From assembly GCA_010015805.1 (NCBI GenBank), contig ML978121.1, positions 682,001-746,000 of the forward strand: DNA of 64,000 nt, written 5' to 3'. Under the pieces are notes generated by a model. It saw only the letters and a list, made by a program, of their open reading frames with translations, was not told where the DNA came from and did no database searches. Origin of the DNA: Rhizodiscina lignyota (Eukaryota). Below are positions 1-11,210 of the stretch, one piece after another. A program made the translations under genes and the position numbers. How positions within the stretch are numbered: the stretch's first letter is position 1; each line of letters begins with the position of its first letter.

Positions 1-581
1 GGTGGTTAGTGGCCTCCGACGAGCGGTACAGCATCATATCCAAGTGTGCAGGACTGTACGAGTCAGCCTCAAGGTCGCTGAAGAGCCCCCACTTGTGATG
101 GAAGTGATACAGAGCTTTCTCACAGGTGCGAAGAGGAGGTGTAAGTTACGTGCAACGTGGTGCGGGAGATAACCCCCCTCGCCCCAGTGACAAACATCAA
201 GCTCTGGTAAGAAGTTCTGTACGGGCAAGGCTCAAACCTGCTACGAAGGTCTAACTTGTGACTGACACGATGCTTAGGGCATGCAGACAGAGGCGCCAAA
301 TACACTAAAATGTCTCGGCCGGTGATCCTGCACATAAGTCTGGAAGCTGTTGCGGAGCTCCGGCTTGCAATTGAACGGAAACTCGGAAGATGCTCGCACT
401 GATTGTCGCATCAAGCCCTCGCACGACCTTCCGTCGCATCAAAGATAACGATGAACGAGACTACAACTTAAGCCTTGCTAACTTCTATTATACATGTTCT
501 AGGTCATGAATCATTACTAGGAACTTCCCATCCACCGACGTCAAAAGGATTGTTTTCCGCGCCACTGAATTCTTCAATCGT

Positions 582-2077
582 TTAAACCTGGCCGGCGGTG
601 TTGAAGTCCTGCAAGGCCTCCTTAATACGCGTAGTCATGGTCTTCTCGCCTTCCCGTACCCACACGCGTGGGTCGTAGAACTTCTTGTTAGGCTTATCCT
701 CACCTTCAGGATTTCCGACTTGCGTCATAATGTAGTCCTTCTTGTTGAGGACGTAGTCGCGGATGCCGAGGAGGTAAGCCCACTGAAGGTCGGTATCGAG
801 GTTGACTTTAACCACACCGTACGAAATGGCTTCCTTGTACTGCCCACCATTAGCTTCTCAGTAGTCAAGAGCTGGGAATACGAACCTCCTCCTTCGTGCT
901 ACCGCTTCCGCCGTGGAACACGAGGAACACTGGCTTTTCATCTTTGGCGCGGGTCTGATCCTTGACGTATTTCTGGTGCTTGGAAAGAAGCTCTGGATGA
1001 AGTTTCACGTTGCCGGGCTTGTAGACGCCGTGGACATTCCCGAAACCTGCAGCGATCGAGAAGTATGGGCTAATCTTGGACAGTCTGGAGTAAATCGCAT
1101 AGATGTCCTCGGGCTGGGTGTAGAGGGAATTGTTGTCGACGTCTTCATTGTTGACACCATCCTCTTCGCCACCGGTTATGCCAATCTCCATCTCGAGCCA
1201 TTGCTTCATGGGAGCGGCGCGTTCGAGGTACTAGCCAACCACATTAATCCCTGAGCAAACCATCAGAGCTCGTCTACCAACCTTCGCCGTTGTGCTGATG
1301 TTGTACTCGACGTCCTCTTCCGAAAGGTCAATCATGCTGTTCCATATCAGCGCCGAAGACATGCAGGGCAGGCTGCATAACGGACTGGGAAGAGAAAAGA
1401 GGCTCGCCATGGAGCTTGAAGTAGGCCTCGTCGGCATCGAGCTAAAATATTGTAAGCTTCCGATCGAAACGGATATAGGATGATATGTCGCTCTCACCAT
1501 GCCATCGAGCCAGGGAAGCAGCTTCTTTGCGCAGTGATCCTATCATAATGAGCATTATTTCCACCTAAGGCACCAACCCTTCACGAACCGTGTGCAAGAC
1601 AACTGGGATATTGTAAATTGGAGCAACCGAACGGATATAGTGTGCAGCAGCGACGGCACCAGCAATCGAGGCTTCTTGGTTGGAGTTGCTCACGCCTGGG
1701 ACTTCTCAGTTCTGCCTACAGAATAGTCAAGCTGATCTAAATTACCTTTGCCAGCGAAGTAGGCCTACAGTAGACCGACGTATCAGTACCATGTTCGTTC
1801 AGTCCGTAATGGGAAGGCTTACCGATCCGCCTTGAGAGGCTTGGAGGATAATCGGAGCGTTCGCGTCTCTAGCAGCCTCGAGAGCCGCAACCACAGTCGA
1901 AGACGAAGTACAGTTGATCGCGGGTATAGCAAAGTTGTTCTCCTGGGCATACTTGAATAGTCTCCGAACATCCTCGCCGCTGTTGCACGTTAGTCTGATG
2001 CCTATCTGTTACATGTGAAAAAGTTGTGAATACACGATGACACCCGTCTTTCGGGATAAAACGTCTTTGATACCCAT
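582..2077 (-). CDS. FBA1: Fructose-bisphosphate aldolase class II, 9 exons
   Basis: Spliced translation MGIKDVLSRKTGVIV/GEDVRRLFKYAQENNFAIPAINCTSSST...QGGS/AYFAGK/...VVLHT/DHCAKKLLPWLDGM/...MEIGITGGEEDGV...VFHGGSG...VKVNLDTD...KFYDPRVW. Eight GT-AG introns, including a 19-nt exon at 1746-1764. Confidence 0.97.
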
Positions 2078-2686
2078 TTTGATTATTATGAGATCAATGA
2101 ATGTCGATTGATTTGGAGCTGATGCTATGGAATATTTTTTCGCGTTCCCAGTAAATAATATATACCCTCACTTCTGCCCCCTCCCAAACGTTATTCGGCC
2201 CCGCCACTCTTCCTACGTCAGGGGCACCTCCGAAAGCACCGCAGAGCAGATACAAATGCCAGAAGAGAACTTTGCAGAATTAATATCCGCTGTTGTGCAG
2301 CTTCTTCATCTTCGAGCTTCATCTCTTCGTACTGAGTAGTGAGCACAGCTTGTTGTCGCCTGGACTTGAGGCTGCGTCCGCCATGGCGACCAAGATGCTT
2401 ACCACGCGTCATAGGACACACAGCTGGCCGAAAACTTCGAGTGAGCACCGAAACAAGGTAAATCCATTGATACTCTCGTAGAGGTCAGATTAAGTACAAG
2501 GCGTAACTGTCCCATTCCGCTGTTCTCGCCCTGATGAGAATCACCGGAAACTAAGGAGTCAGGAAGCTAATGCCGTTCATTTGGTATTGTGGTAAACCAA
2601 ATCTCATGGGAACTCAGATTGCTTTTTTTACCGTAAATGAACTTGTCTCTACAGGATTCGTCAAGGATGCATTCTAAGTCTATATC

Positions 2687-4549
2687 TCATTGCACATTAA
2701 GAGCTCTATCCATGTCACACTCTCCCAGCTTCTCCACGTATTCTCTAATCTTCTCCTCCATCCACCCACTTGTCAAATCCCTCGTGTTATCTTGATTCCC
2801 ACGATCCCAGTGGGCAAATGGTTTCCGCCCCAAGCAGGGTAGATGGCCCAACCTGCACTTCCCCGGCCGCCACTTCCATTGCAGACATTCCGCCTGGCTC
2901 GCACACATATTCTTGCAGTCTTCGGCACTCGAGAACGGACCGACGACATTGGAGGCGAGCTCTTCCTCGGTGACGATGAACTCTCGCCCACCCGACAAAT
3001 TATCCCAGTTCGTGCGATTGCGCTCAGGTGAAGTGAGCGGAGCGCCGGTGACTGGATCGACAGTGGTTATGAGTTGTTGGCCGGCGTAATAGTAAAAGAG
3101 GTCACTGTAGAGGATTGGCACCTCTCTTCCCTTTGGAGGCATGCGCGTCAGCATTGTCTGTCCTTTGGCATCTTACCGGTAGAGCTTCTAGCGTGCTAGA
3201 AGTTGCTATCAGCGCGGATTCCAACATACCTTTTCCTTCAGCCAGTCCTGCTCCCAAGTCCACAGCTCCTCCACCTCTGCAGGAGTTACATGATGCCAGG
3301 TCACTGGGGCTTTACACCAATGCCACTCGTCATAATCCACGCTCCTTGGCGTCAGTCCATGTATAACTGGGTTCAAGTTCGTAATCTCCACGCCGCCGGA
3401 CTGTAACGCTTCCGCCAGCATCTGGTCTCCACAACATACCTCACTAGTCCGCTTCTCCCAGTGTTCCTTATTCTCTGGTTCCAGCTCCACAAGCATTTTC
3501 GCCGCAGCGGCAGACAAGACGTACCCACTCCCACCGTGAGCAAATGTCGTGAAGCCAATATAAACGGGACTGCCGAAGTACAAGCGCTGATTTGGGTCTT
3601 GCTTTTCGAGCCAGAGTAGTAGGTTAGACCACAGGATCGCCGAATCGGCGTCAATAAACACGAACCACTTCTTGTCTGGATACTTCTTGTATGCCTCGAT
3701 CGCCATGGGTACGTTCTTCCATTTGTCCAGCTCCCACGCTCCTTCCATGCTCAGGTCCGTCAAGTCCAGCCCCTTGTTCTGATACTCCTTCAGTTTGGGA
3801 TAGAGAGTGCTTAAATACTGGTCTTCAATTTTCCACTTGTCGCTGATGGAGGCCAGCGCGTCGTGAATCTCTAGAGACCCGACAAACTGATCCATGTCAG
3901 AGAAGATGAGGTAGTCGGGCACGCACGTCAGTGTGGTGAGCAGGTGCGTTGGCAGCTTGGAAAAGAGCTCCGTGGCACCAGTCTTAATGACCAGCAGGAC
4001 GTCAGAAGCGCCAGATAATCTTCTGCAATCGAATGTCATGTCCTCGCCGATTGTTGGAATGACAGCTAGAAGCGCTTGTTCATCGAACTCCGGAACGGCG
4101 TCCGTAGACTCTTCTCCTTCCCGAGAGATGCCTTCGATGTCCGGAGGCTCGCTGATGTCAGTTCCTTCGCTGTAGTTCTGAGATTCCGCATCAATCGACC
4201 ATTCTTCCGCCACAGTTGGGTCGTCCGTGCCTGGTGGTACTTGGGAGGAAGGCTCTACGATCAGAGCTTCTTGTACGGACCGCTCGTTCTCTACCTCTCC
4301 GACCCCTTCCACGTTGGACACTTTCCACGTCATACCAGCCCCTTTGTCTTCGACATTGGTCTCGAACTGCGGAACTTGAGTATGCTCCTGACTTGAGTTC
4401 GACGCATGCTGAAGCACTGCACGTAATACTTTTAACCGCTGTTCGACCTGACCAACCCATACATAGAGACCTAAGACGACGAGGAATGCGAGGAAGAGCG
4501 AGGTGCCATTGAACACGCCATGCCGGCGTATGGAAGGCCGTGCGTTCAT
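2687..4549 (-). CDS. Glycosyltransferase family 31 (Fringe/core-1 beta-1,3-galactosyltransferase-like), type II membrane protein
   Basis: N-terminal TM segment, acidic stem, then LVIKTGATE, WELDKWK, KWFVFIDADS (DxD motif), FAHGGSGYVLS, CCGD and PVTWHH. A Cys-rich C-terminal exon (2687-~3125) joins via introns near 3125-3229; the exact junctions are uncertain. Confidence 0.85.
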
Positions 4550-4975
4550 TGCGAAAACTCCATGAAGAATAGAGATTAGAACCGCAGCCCGAGAGGAGAA
4601 ATATGTTCACGGCTATGAAATCTGTCAAAGAACCTAGGGAATAAGTCAGAGTATGACATGAGTTTCCTTTGGTGCACCGCGGTTGAGACATTCCTCAACT
4701 CGGCATCCCTTGGTACTGAGCCATCGCAAGAATGTGATGCACGGCATCGAATCGAGAAAATGAAAATTGACCAGAACAGATGTTACCGTTGCTTTGCGAC
4801 AAAATTCCTGGCCTGATCGTGATATCAGTTGAGCAGTTGAAGATGCGATATATTCCATATCTGGGCATAGCAGACTTTTGAGGGACTACCCTCGAAACTC
4901 CATTCATAATGCACGGGTATCAGTTCCCTCCACATTCCCAAACGCCTTCCGTATGCAAATACCCAAATTTCAGAA

Positions 4976-5591
4976 TCACGATGGTGGCGCTGCCATACTC
5001 ATCCTCAGTTGCCTCTCCCTCTGTTGCGCCTGCAGCGTCAGCCTCTCAACCGCATAGCTCAGCCGCTCTTTCTTCTGCCTTAATTGTTGCACCTTGACCC
5101 CCTCGAGCCCTCCTACCCCTCCTAGACCTGCCCCACCAGTCATCCTCCTGCTGTTCCTCCCTAGTGCGCTGCTTGGCCGTGAAGACGGTCCGCCCTGGGA
5201 GAGTCGTCCCTCTTGGAGTTCGCATTGTGCGATGAGAGACTGTTCGCGGCGCTCGAGCTTGTCGAGGTAATTGGACACACGTGATAGGAGGTTCTCGACC
5301 TCGGGGCGGATTTCAGACTGTAGCGCGGATTGGGCCTGGTGGAGGTCAGGTTCGGAGATGAGTTCGAAATGCTGCAGTGGATTGTCAGCGATTGGAGACC
5401 AGGAGAAGGCAATTGAGAAGTCGGTAATTGGGAATTACGAGGAGACAATGGAGCCATACTCTTGTGGTTTGAAGGACTTTCGATAGCCGCGGGAAATCAT
5501 TGACGCCAGAATCCAGAATGGAGATGGACGAGTCGAGGAGTTGCATGCTCGAGCGCAGCGATGCTACGCAGCCATCTAGTATAGTCGCCAT
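4976..5591 (-). CDS. SPC19: DASH/Dam1 complex subunit Spc19, 2 exons
   Basis: MATILDGCVASLRSSMQLLDSSISILDSGVNDFPRLSKVLQTTR / HFELISEPDL...LERREQSLIAQCELQEGRL...LRQKKERLSYAVERL matches the Spc19 family pattern. Intron at ~5374-5459. Confidence 0.9.
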
Positions 5592-5866
5592 GGCAGCGAT
5601 CTGAAGAAATAACTAATTCGGCACAATTGTCAAGTCAGTTGTAATATTCAAGTTGAGCGTCGCGATACCACGATCTGTTTACGCGTGTTCCTCGACCAAT
5701 CAGATCGCTTCAACAATTGCGGGAAACTCCGTTTTCTAGCACCGAATCCAGCTCTTCCGACTCCATCGCTTCCATCGACCTCTTCACGTCAAATACATCC
5801 ATTGACCCCTCCACGACAACCGGAACACGTCACTCGTCATCCACAAGCTCTCCTGAAGCTCTCACA

Positions 5867-6526
5867 ATGTCTCTTCTAGGCCGCAAGTGGCCTGCGCCAG
5901 TCGGTACGTTGACACTCTGGTCCCGAAAGCTCGCGAGAAGAAGAGCTTGACTGACATGAAACAGCACAACCAATGGCTCCTTTCTATGTTGCCGGTACGT
6001 CTAAACAGTCCGTAATAGCATACGCACCTATGTGGAATTTTCGAAAACGATGGAGACCACGTGTGCTCATGTCACGATCCAATCTGCATCAATCCGACCA
6101 ACACAGAAGAGCGTAACGATCAAGTTGGGAACATGGGCTTGGACCAGGGAACGGCTACGAATCACAGATCGCCTTCCTTCCCGGTGCATAATACGAACAC
6201 TCAGTGCCGATTCAAGGCCTTTGGAAGCCCATGCCGGTCTACAGGAGCTTCAATACAAACGTTGGAAGCATGGAAGCTGATTATATCTCTATGCAGGCCT
6301 CGTCATCGCATACGGCATTAACTCTTTCGCCAATGTCATGTATACCAGTGAGTCTCCCCCTCCGACGTAACCTGTCACCGAGTCTGAAGATACGAGCTTC
6401 CCTTGTACATGGCGAACGCGATGAGTGTCGATAGAAATTGAAGGCAAATGTTAACATATTGGAACAGCGCCTGAATACAAGAACGACCCACGCAATCCGG
6501 TTACAAAGGGAGGGAATAGCCATTGA
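5867..6526 (+). CDS. ATP18: Mitochondrial ATP synthase subunit i/j, 58 aa, 4 exons (5867-5903, 5965-5994, 6297-6347, 6468-6526)
   Basis: Spliced product MSLLGRKWPAPVAQPMAPFYVAGLVIAYGINSFANVMYTTPEYKNDPRNPVTKGGNSH has the family NDPRNP motif. All introns are GT-AG with branch sites. Not recovered by the ORF track. Confidence 0.92.
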
Positions 6527-8090
6527 GCAATACCTGGGTTGCACGGGGTGGATAGATGTACACATAGACTATGAGGGCCAGGCGGCAGACATGTGGCACG
6601 AGATGGAAGGCGAAAATGTAAATATATCGCTAGAGTGGTGATCCATGAATTGAGGGCAATTCGATGTTCGAGACGCTTTCTGATGAGCATGATATCGTGC
6701 TTTGCAAGTTCCATTTTAAGGAAAGATTCATCGATTTGAGCGAAAGCGATGTATATCTGCCTCTGCCAGATGAGGTGCGGGGATGATTGAAGCGAAAGGA
6801 CTTGATGGTAAGGCTATGTCATTTGCCTGATATGAGGCCAGCCGTTGCCTGCTCAAGACGCCCTTTGATTACATTTGACAAGTGACTGCAGTTCCAACGC
6901 CAGCTATAAATCAATCCAGCACATAAATATTATGGGGTCCTATAATAAAGACGAATACACTTCTGGAAACGGAACAGTTACTGTCTGTCACATCCCCTTT
7001 CGCATGATCGTCGACCGGAGGCGAAGCTTGTTTGCATGTAACGGTACCCAGACTCATTTCCTGAGATTGCAGACTGGGGTTGCGAAAAGGAGATGCAGAG
7101 TGACGCATACAGACAATAAACGATTCCAGTAGGATGCGAATGCAGAGCTTGGGGTAACTAGCAACGGCATGAGATATGCATGGGACGAAAGCTACGGATG
7201 CATGTGTTCATGCGGCCTGGCGGTTATGGAGAAAGTGGCCGACGCGGTTGCATGGCGGCAGGAGAGCATTCTTGTAAGACTTAATCAGCCAGCATTGCGC
7301 AGAAGGGCGTCTCTACAGCAGCATTGGCGACAGAAGGCAACAGAGAAGAAGCATGAGAGAGCGGAATGGCTCAAGTCGATTGCCTGAGGCCCTGTTGCAT
7401 ATATTGCAGCACAGTGTGTCGGCGTGTGATTCGACGGGTGCCACTGCTGTCTCCCAGTGGCGCCGGTTGAGCTGGGGGCAGCGGGCTTGGCATCAGCGTC
7501 GCTCGTTGCCTTTCCCGCGTGCCAACCGCCAACCTTGGAACGAGCGAGTGCACTAGCCTTGAACACCCATCTCCCACTCTCCTTCCCACTCCGCCTCGTC
7601 TCTTCTGCCAACGCTCCCGCGAACAGTCTGCTCTGCCACTGAAGCATCACCGCTCTTGAGACAGAGCTGCTTCGTCCAGACTGCCTCTCCACACGCTCAG
7701 TCAGCTGCATCGCCCGCATCCCGGCTGCCTCCTGCCGTCGGAGCCCAATTTAACGCCCAGCGTGCAGCTCCTCCACGTCTTCAATCAGCAGGTTCGTGAC
7801 TGCCCAAGCGTGTTCCCTTTGACATCAACACCAGCCGGTCGACGTACCCTTCGCCCTCGAACCGGCCCTCCTGCTTTCTTTGAGATACTCACCTTATTCC
7901 CCCTTGTTGCACGCCTTTTTTATCTCGCTGTGTACACCGCCTCGTTGCCAACGACGGCTGCTCACCGGAATCAGGCTGAACCTCAGAATACCTATCAAAC
8001 CGGCCTCGCACACACAACACGACCTGCCTACTGACGGTTGCACCCGCGAATAAACAATCTTCTTCACACTTCCTCGTGTGACACAACGAA

Positions 8091-9327
8091 ATGACGACGA
8101 TGGTATGACACTCCGCTACACTTCAACCTCTAACCTCTGCTTCCACCACACACGTCACCCTTCTTGCTTTTTCCCACCACCACCCGCTTTCAACCACTCT
8201 CACACAACCATCACAATACAACATGTCAACATCGACAATGGCTAAGCAAGGGCAGGATTTGCGCGTCGGCAACAAGTACCGAATTGGCCGAAAGATCGGC
8301 AGCGGTAGCTTTGGCGACATCTACCTTGGTAAGACCTCCTCGTGTTTACTCCATATTTTCTGCTCACTAACGCGTTTCAGGTACGAACATCATATCTGGA
8401 GAGGAGATTGCCATCAAGCTCGAGAGCGTCAAGGCCAAGCACCCCCAGCTCGAGTATGAGGCTCGCGTCTACAAGTCTCTTGCCGGAGGTGTCGGCATTC
8501 CCTTCGTGCGTTGGTTCGGTACCGAGTGTGACTACAATGCCATGGTTCTCGACCTACTTGGCCCCAGCTTGGAGGATCTCTTCAACTTCTGCAACCGCAA
8601 ATTCTCCCTCAAGACCGTGCTCCTCCTTGCCGACCAGCTCATCTCTCGCATTGAGTACATCCACGCCAAGTCCTTCATCCACCGTGATATCAAGCCGGAC
8701 AACTTTCTCATGGGCATCGGCAAGCGTGGCAATCAGGTCAACGTGATCGACTTCGGTCTGGCCAAGAAGTACCGTGACCCGAAGACTCACTTCCATATCC
8801 CATATCGTGAGAACAAGAACTTGACTGGCACTGCTCGTTATGCCAGTATCAACACTCACTTGGGCGTTGAGCAGTCCCGCCGTGATGACATGGAGTCTCT
8901 CGGCTATGTCATGCTCTACTTCTGCCGTGGTTCTCTTCCTTGGCAGGGCCTGAAGGCTGCTACGAAGAAGCAGAAGTACGACCGCATCATGGAGAAGAAG
9001 ATGACGACGCCTACCGAGGTTCTCTGCCGTGGTTTCCCCAACGAGTTCGCCATCTACCTCAACTATACCCGCTCTCTTCGCTTCGACGACAAGCCTGACT
9101 ATTCCTACCTCCGCAAGATCTTCCGCGACCTGTTCGTTCGTGAGGGCTTCCAGTACGACTACGTGTTCGACTGGACCGTCTACAAGTACCAGAAGAACGC
9201 TCAGGCCATTGCGCAGGCTACTCAGCAGGACAAGCGCCCGGAGGACAAGGAGGCAGACACTGCCCAGGCCACCGGTGGTCAGACGACCAAGCGCGTCCAG
9301 ACCCGCACTCCGACTGGCGGACTGTAA
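8091..9327 (+). CDS. HRR25: Casein kinase I (Hrr25/Hhp1/CK-1a type)
   Basis: 12-nt first exon MTTM, then [60 protein letters not shown] and LPWQGL. May extend to 9473 through a further intron (see findings). Confidence 0.96.
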
Positions 9328-11210
9328 GTTTGCAACCCTTGTTCCACATCCCATGGTGCTATCATTGCTTCTTCCACGCGAGGTTGGCTTCTGGCTGAAC
9401 TTGGGCACCCGCTGACGCTTTGGTGCGAAAAAGGGACGGCAGTAGTGGCCAAGCCCAACCTCGTCGAGCGTGAGTTGCTATTGAAGCCCGGTCCTTGTAA
9501 GAGGCCTTCTCCCCCAGTGCGTATAGTGGCTTTATTGAATAGCTTGGCGCGGGGGATATCCGAACTCTCGCTGACGCTACGCTTTTTAACAGAGAGAACC
9601 GCATGGAGCTCCGATCTGCAACCCGCCGTGGCAAAGATTCCGGTTACTGAGCTACATTCGATTCCTGATGTCCGACATCATCTTACCCAATCCTTCTCTG
9701 TGAATGCATAGCATATCACACTTTCAGCATGTGAAGCGCAGCGATGCCGTCCGCCTTTGTCTAGGATGGCTTTTCTGCATACACATCAAAACGGTCACGA
9801 GTCTGATTGCATCGGCAATTCTCTGGCAAAGATCCATCGATTTCGGCAGGTTTACGCCTGCATAGTCAGGTGTACCGAATGATTCATGGCAACATTGACT
9901 TACTCTCGACACGGATTCTCTCATCTCCTTGATTCGGCATGGCTACACAATAGTACTCCAAGATGTTTTCGATGTTCTGCCTGGATCATGGAATCCTGAC
10001 CGGGATGGATCAAGAGTTTCTACTTTGCAATCAACACGACTAATATCCCCTACTGCCCTTACATTTGTTCACTTGCTTTTCCTCACTCTCACGGTGGTGG
10101 CGTGTTCAGCTCACGCCTGGGGATGAAAATTGTTTTCGGAGAGTTGGAGGTCTGGAGTGGCCCCATCGGAAGGAAGTTGGAACAGACTGGCAAATCAACA
10201 TGATAACTGGTGAGGAGGTCGCTTCGACCGCTGTAGCTTGGATGGATATGGTCAGAGGCTCTACCTTGGACTGTGTATGATTCATTGCTTGCCGCGGTGG
10301 TCGGAGGATCATCCAGATGGACGACGGTTTCATATCTCTGTACACAGGACCCTAATCAAACATGTCATGGTCATTCGTCTCCCCCAATTGCACGTGCATG
10401 CCTTCGCATCATCATTCAGGTTAGCCCTTCATCAAGAGTTGTCTGACCTGTTCTTGGCGCTGCTGTATACAGAAAGCGCAATCTGACTCAGTCGGGAAAG
10501 AGCGCTGCAGTCGAAAAAGTATAAAAACCCCTCTCGCCAGACCGATTTCACCAATTTGCCCAGCTCAACCCTTTTTTTCTTGTAAGCATCACGTTGCGTC
10601 CACGTCTGCACCCTCGAGATTGATGAACAGGAGAGCGGGAAGGCATGCTCCGAGGGATATTTGTCATTGTGTGATTCATCAGTTATGTCCTCGAGAAGCC
10701 AAACAAGACGTGACGTGACGCTCGGACAACTCATATTTACTAACTGATAGGTAGCCTTTAGTTCGTTATTTATCAATTGCGGTGATGTCGCCCGGCCCAG
10801 TCGGCCGGGACGGCCGTGTATTAGATAGCCACTCCAGGGCCATGGTGTGCTTTTGCCACGGTGTCCTCGATCCTTCAAGTGGCCGAGGGCCAATAGCTTT
10901 CCATATGGGGTCATCGTAAACTTACCTACAGTAAACCCAAAATCCAAATTGCGGCCGCTGTGCGATGCCTGCACTAGGAAAAATGGGGAGTGCTGACCCT
11001 GGGTGGATGACATAGCAACTATGTAGCAATGCTCCACTCTTCGGGCCGTGACAAGTAACAACACGAGCAGATATTGCGATTCTCACTGCCCACCAGACAC
11101 CATTCGTTCCAAACCCTAATTTGCCTTCTTGTTCTTACATTCTCTTTGAACTGTATTCAGTCTCCTTGTTCCTCTTCATGTAGACTCCGTTCATTCTTTT
11201 CACGCCCGCA

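Noticed and set aside
1..335. Possible 5' exons of a minus-strand gene running off the window (KALYHFHHKWGLFSDLE...)
   Set aside because: No recognisable motif and weak splice signals; cannot be supported from this window alone.
2521..2570. Hammerhead-like core words CTGATGA...GAAAC...GTC
   Set aside because: Stem II cannot pair and the stem I flanks are not complementary; probably chance.
8554..9408. 284-aa antisense ORF over casein kinase I (similar shadows at 12091-12729, 29326-30132, 47115-47756, 54175-54717 and 55358-55903)
   Set aside because: Typical antisense shadow of strongly biased codon usage; no independent protein features.
10791..10809. GC hairpin CCCGGCC-N5-GGCCGGG
   Set aside because: A single 7-bp stem is expected by chance in 64 kb.
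10086..11064. 210-aa minus-strand ORF and a nearby 'YRDMKPSSI' kinase-like word
   Set aside because: Non-ATG start, no other kinase subdomains and no coherent exon chain. A degenerate gene cannot be excluded.
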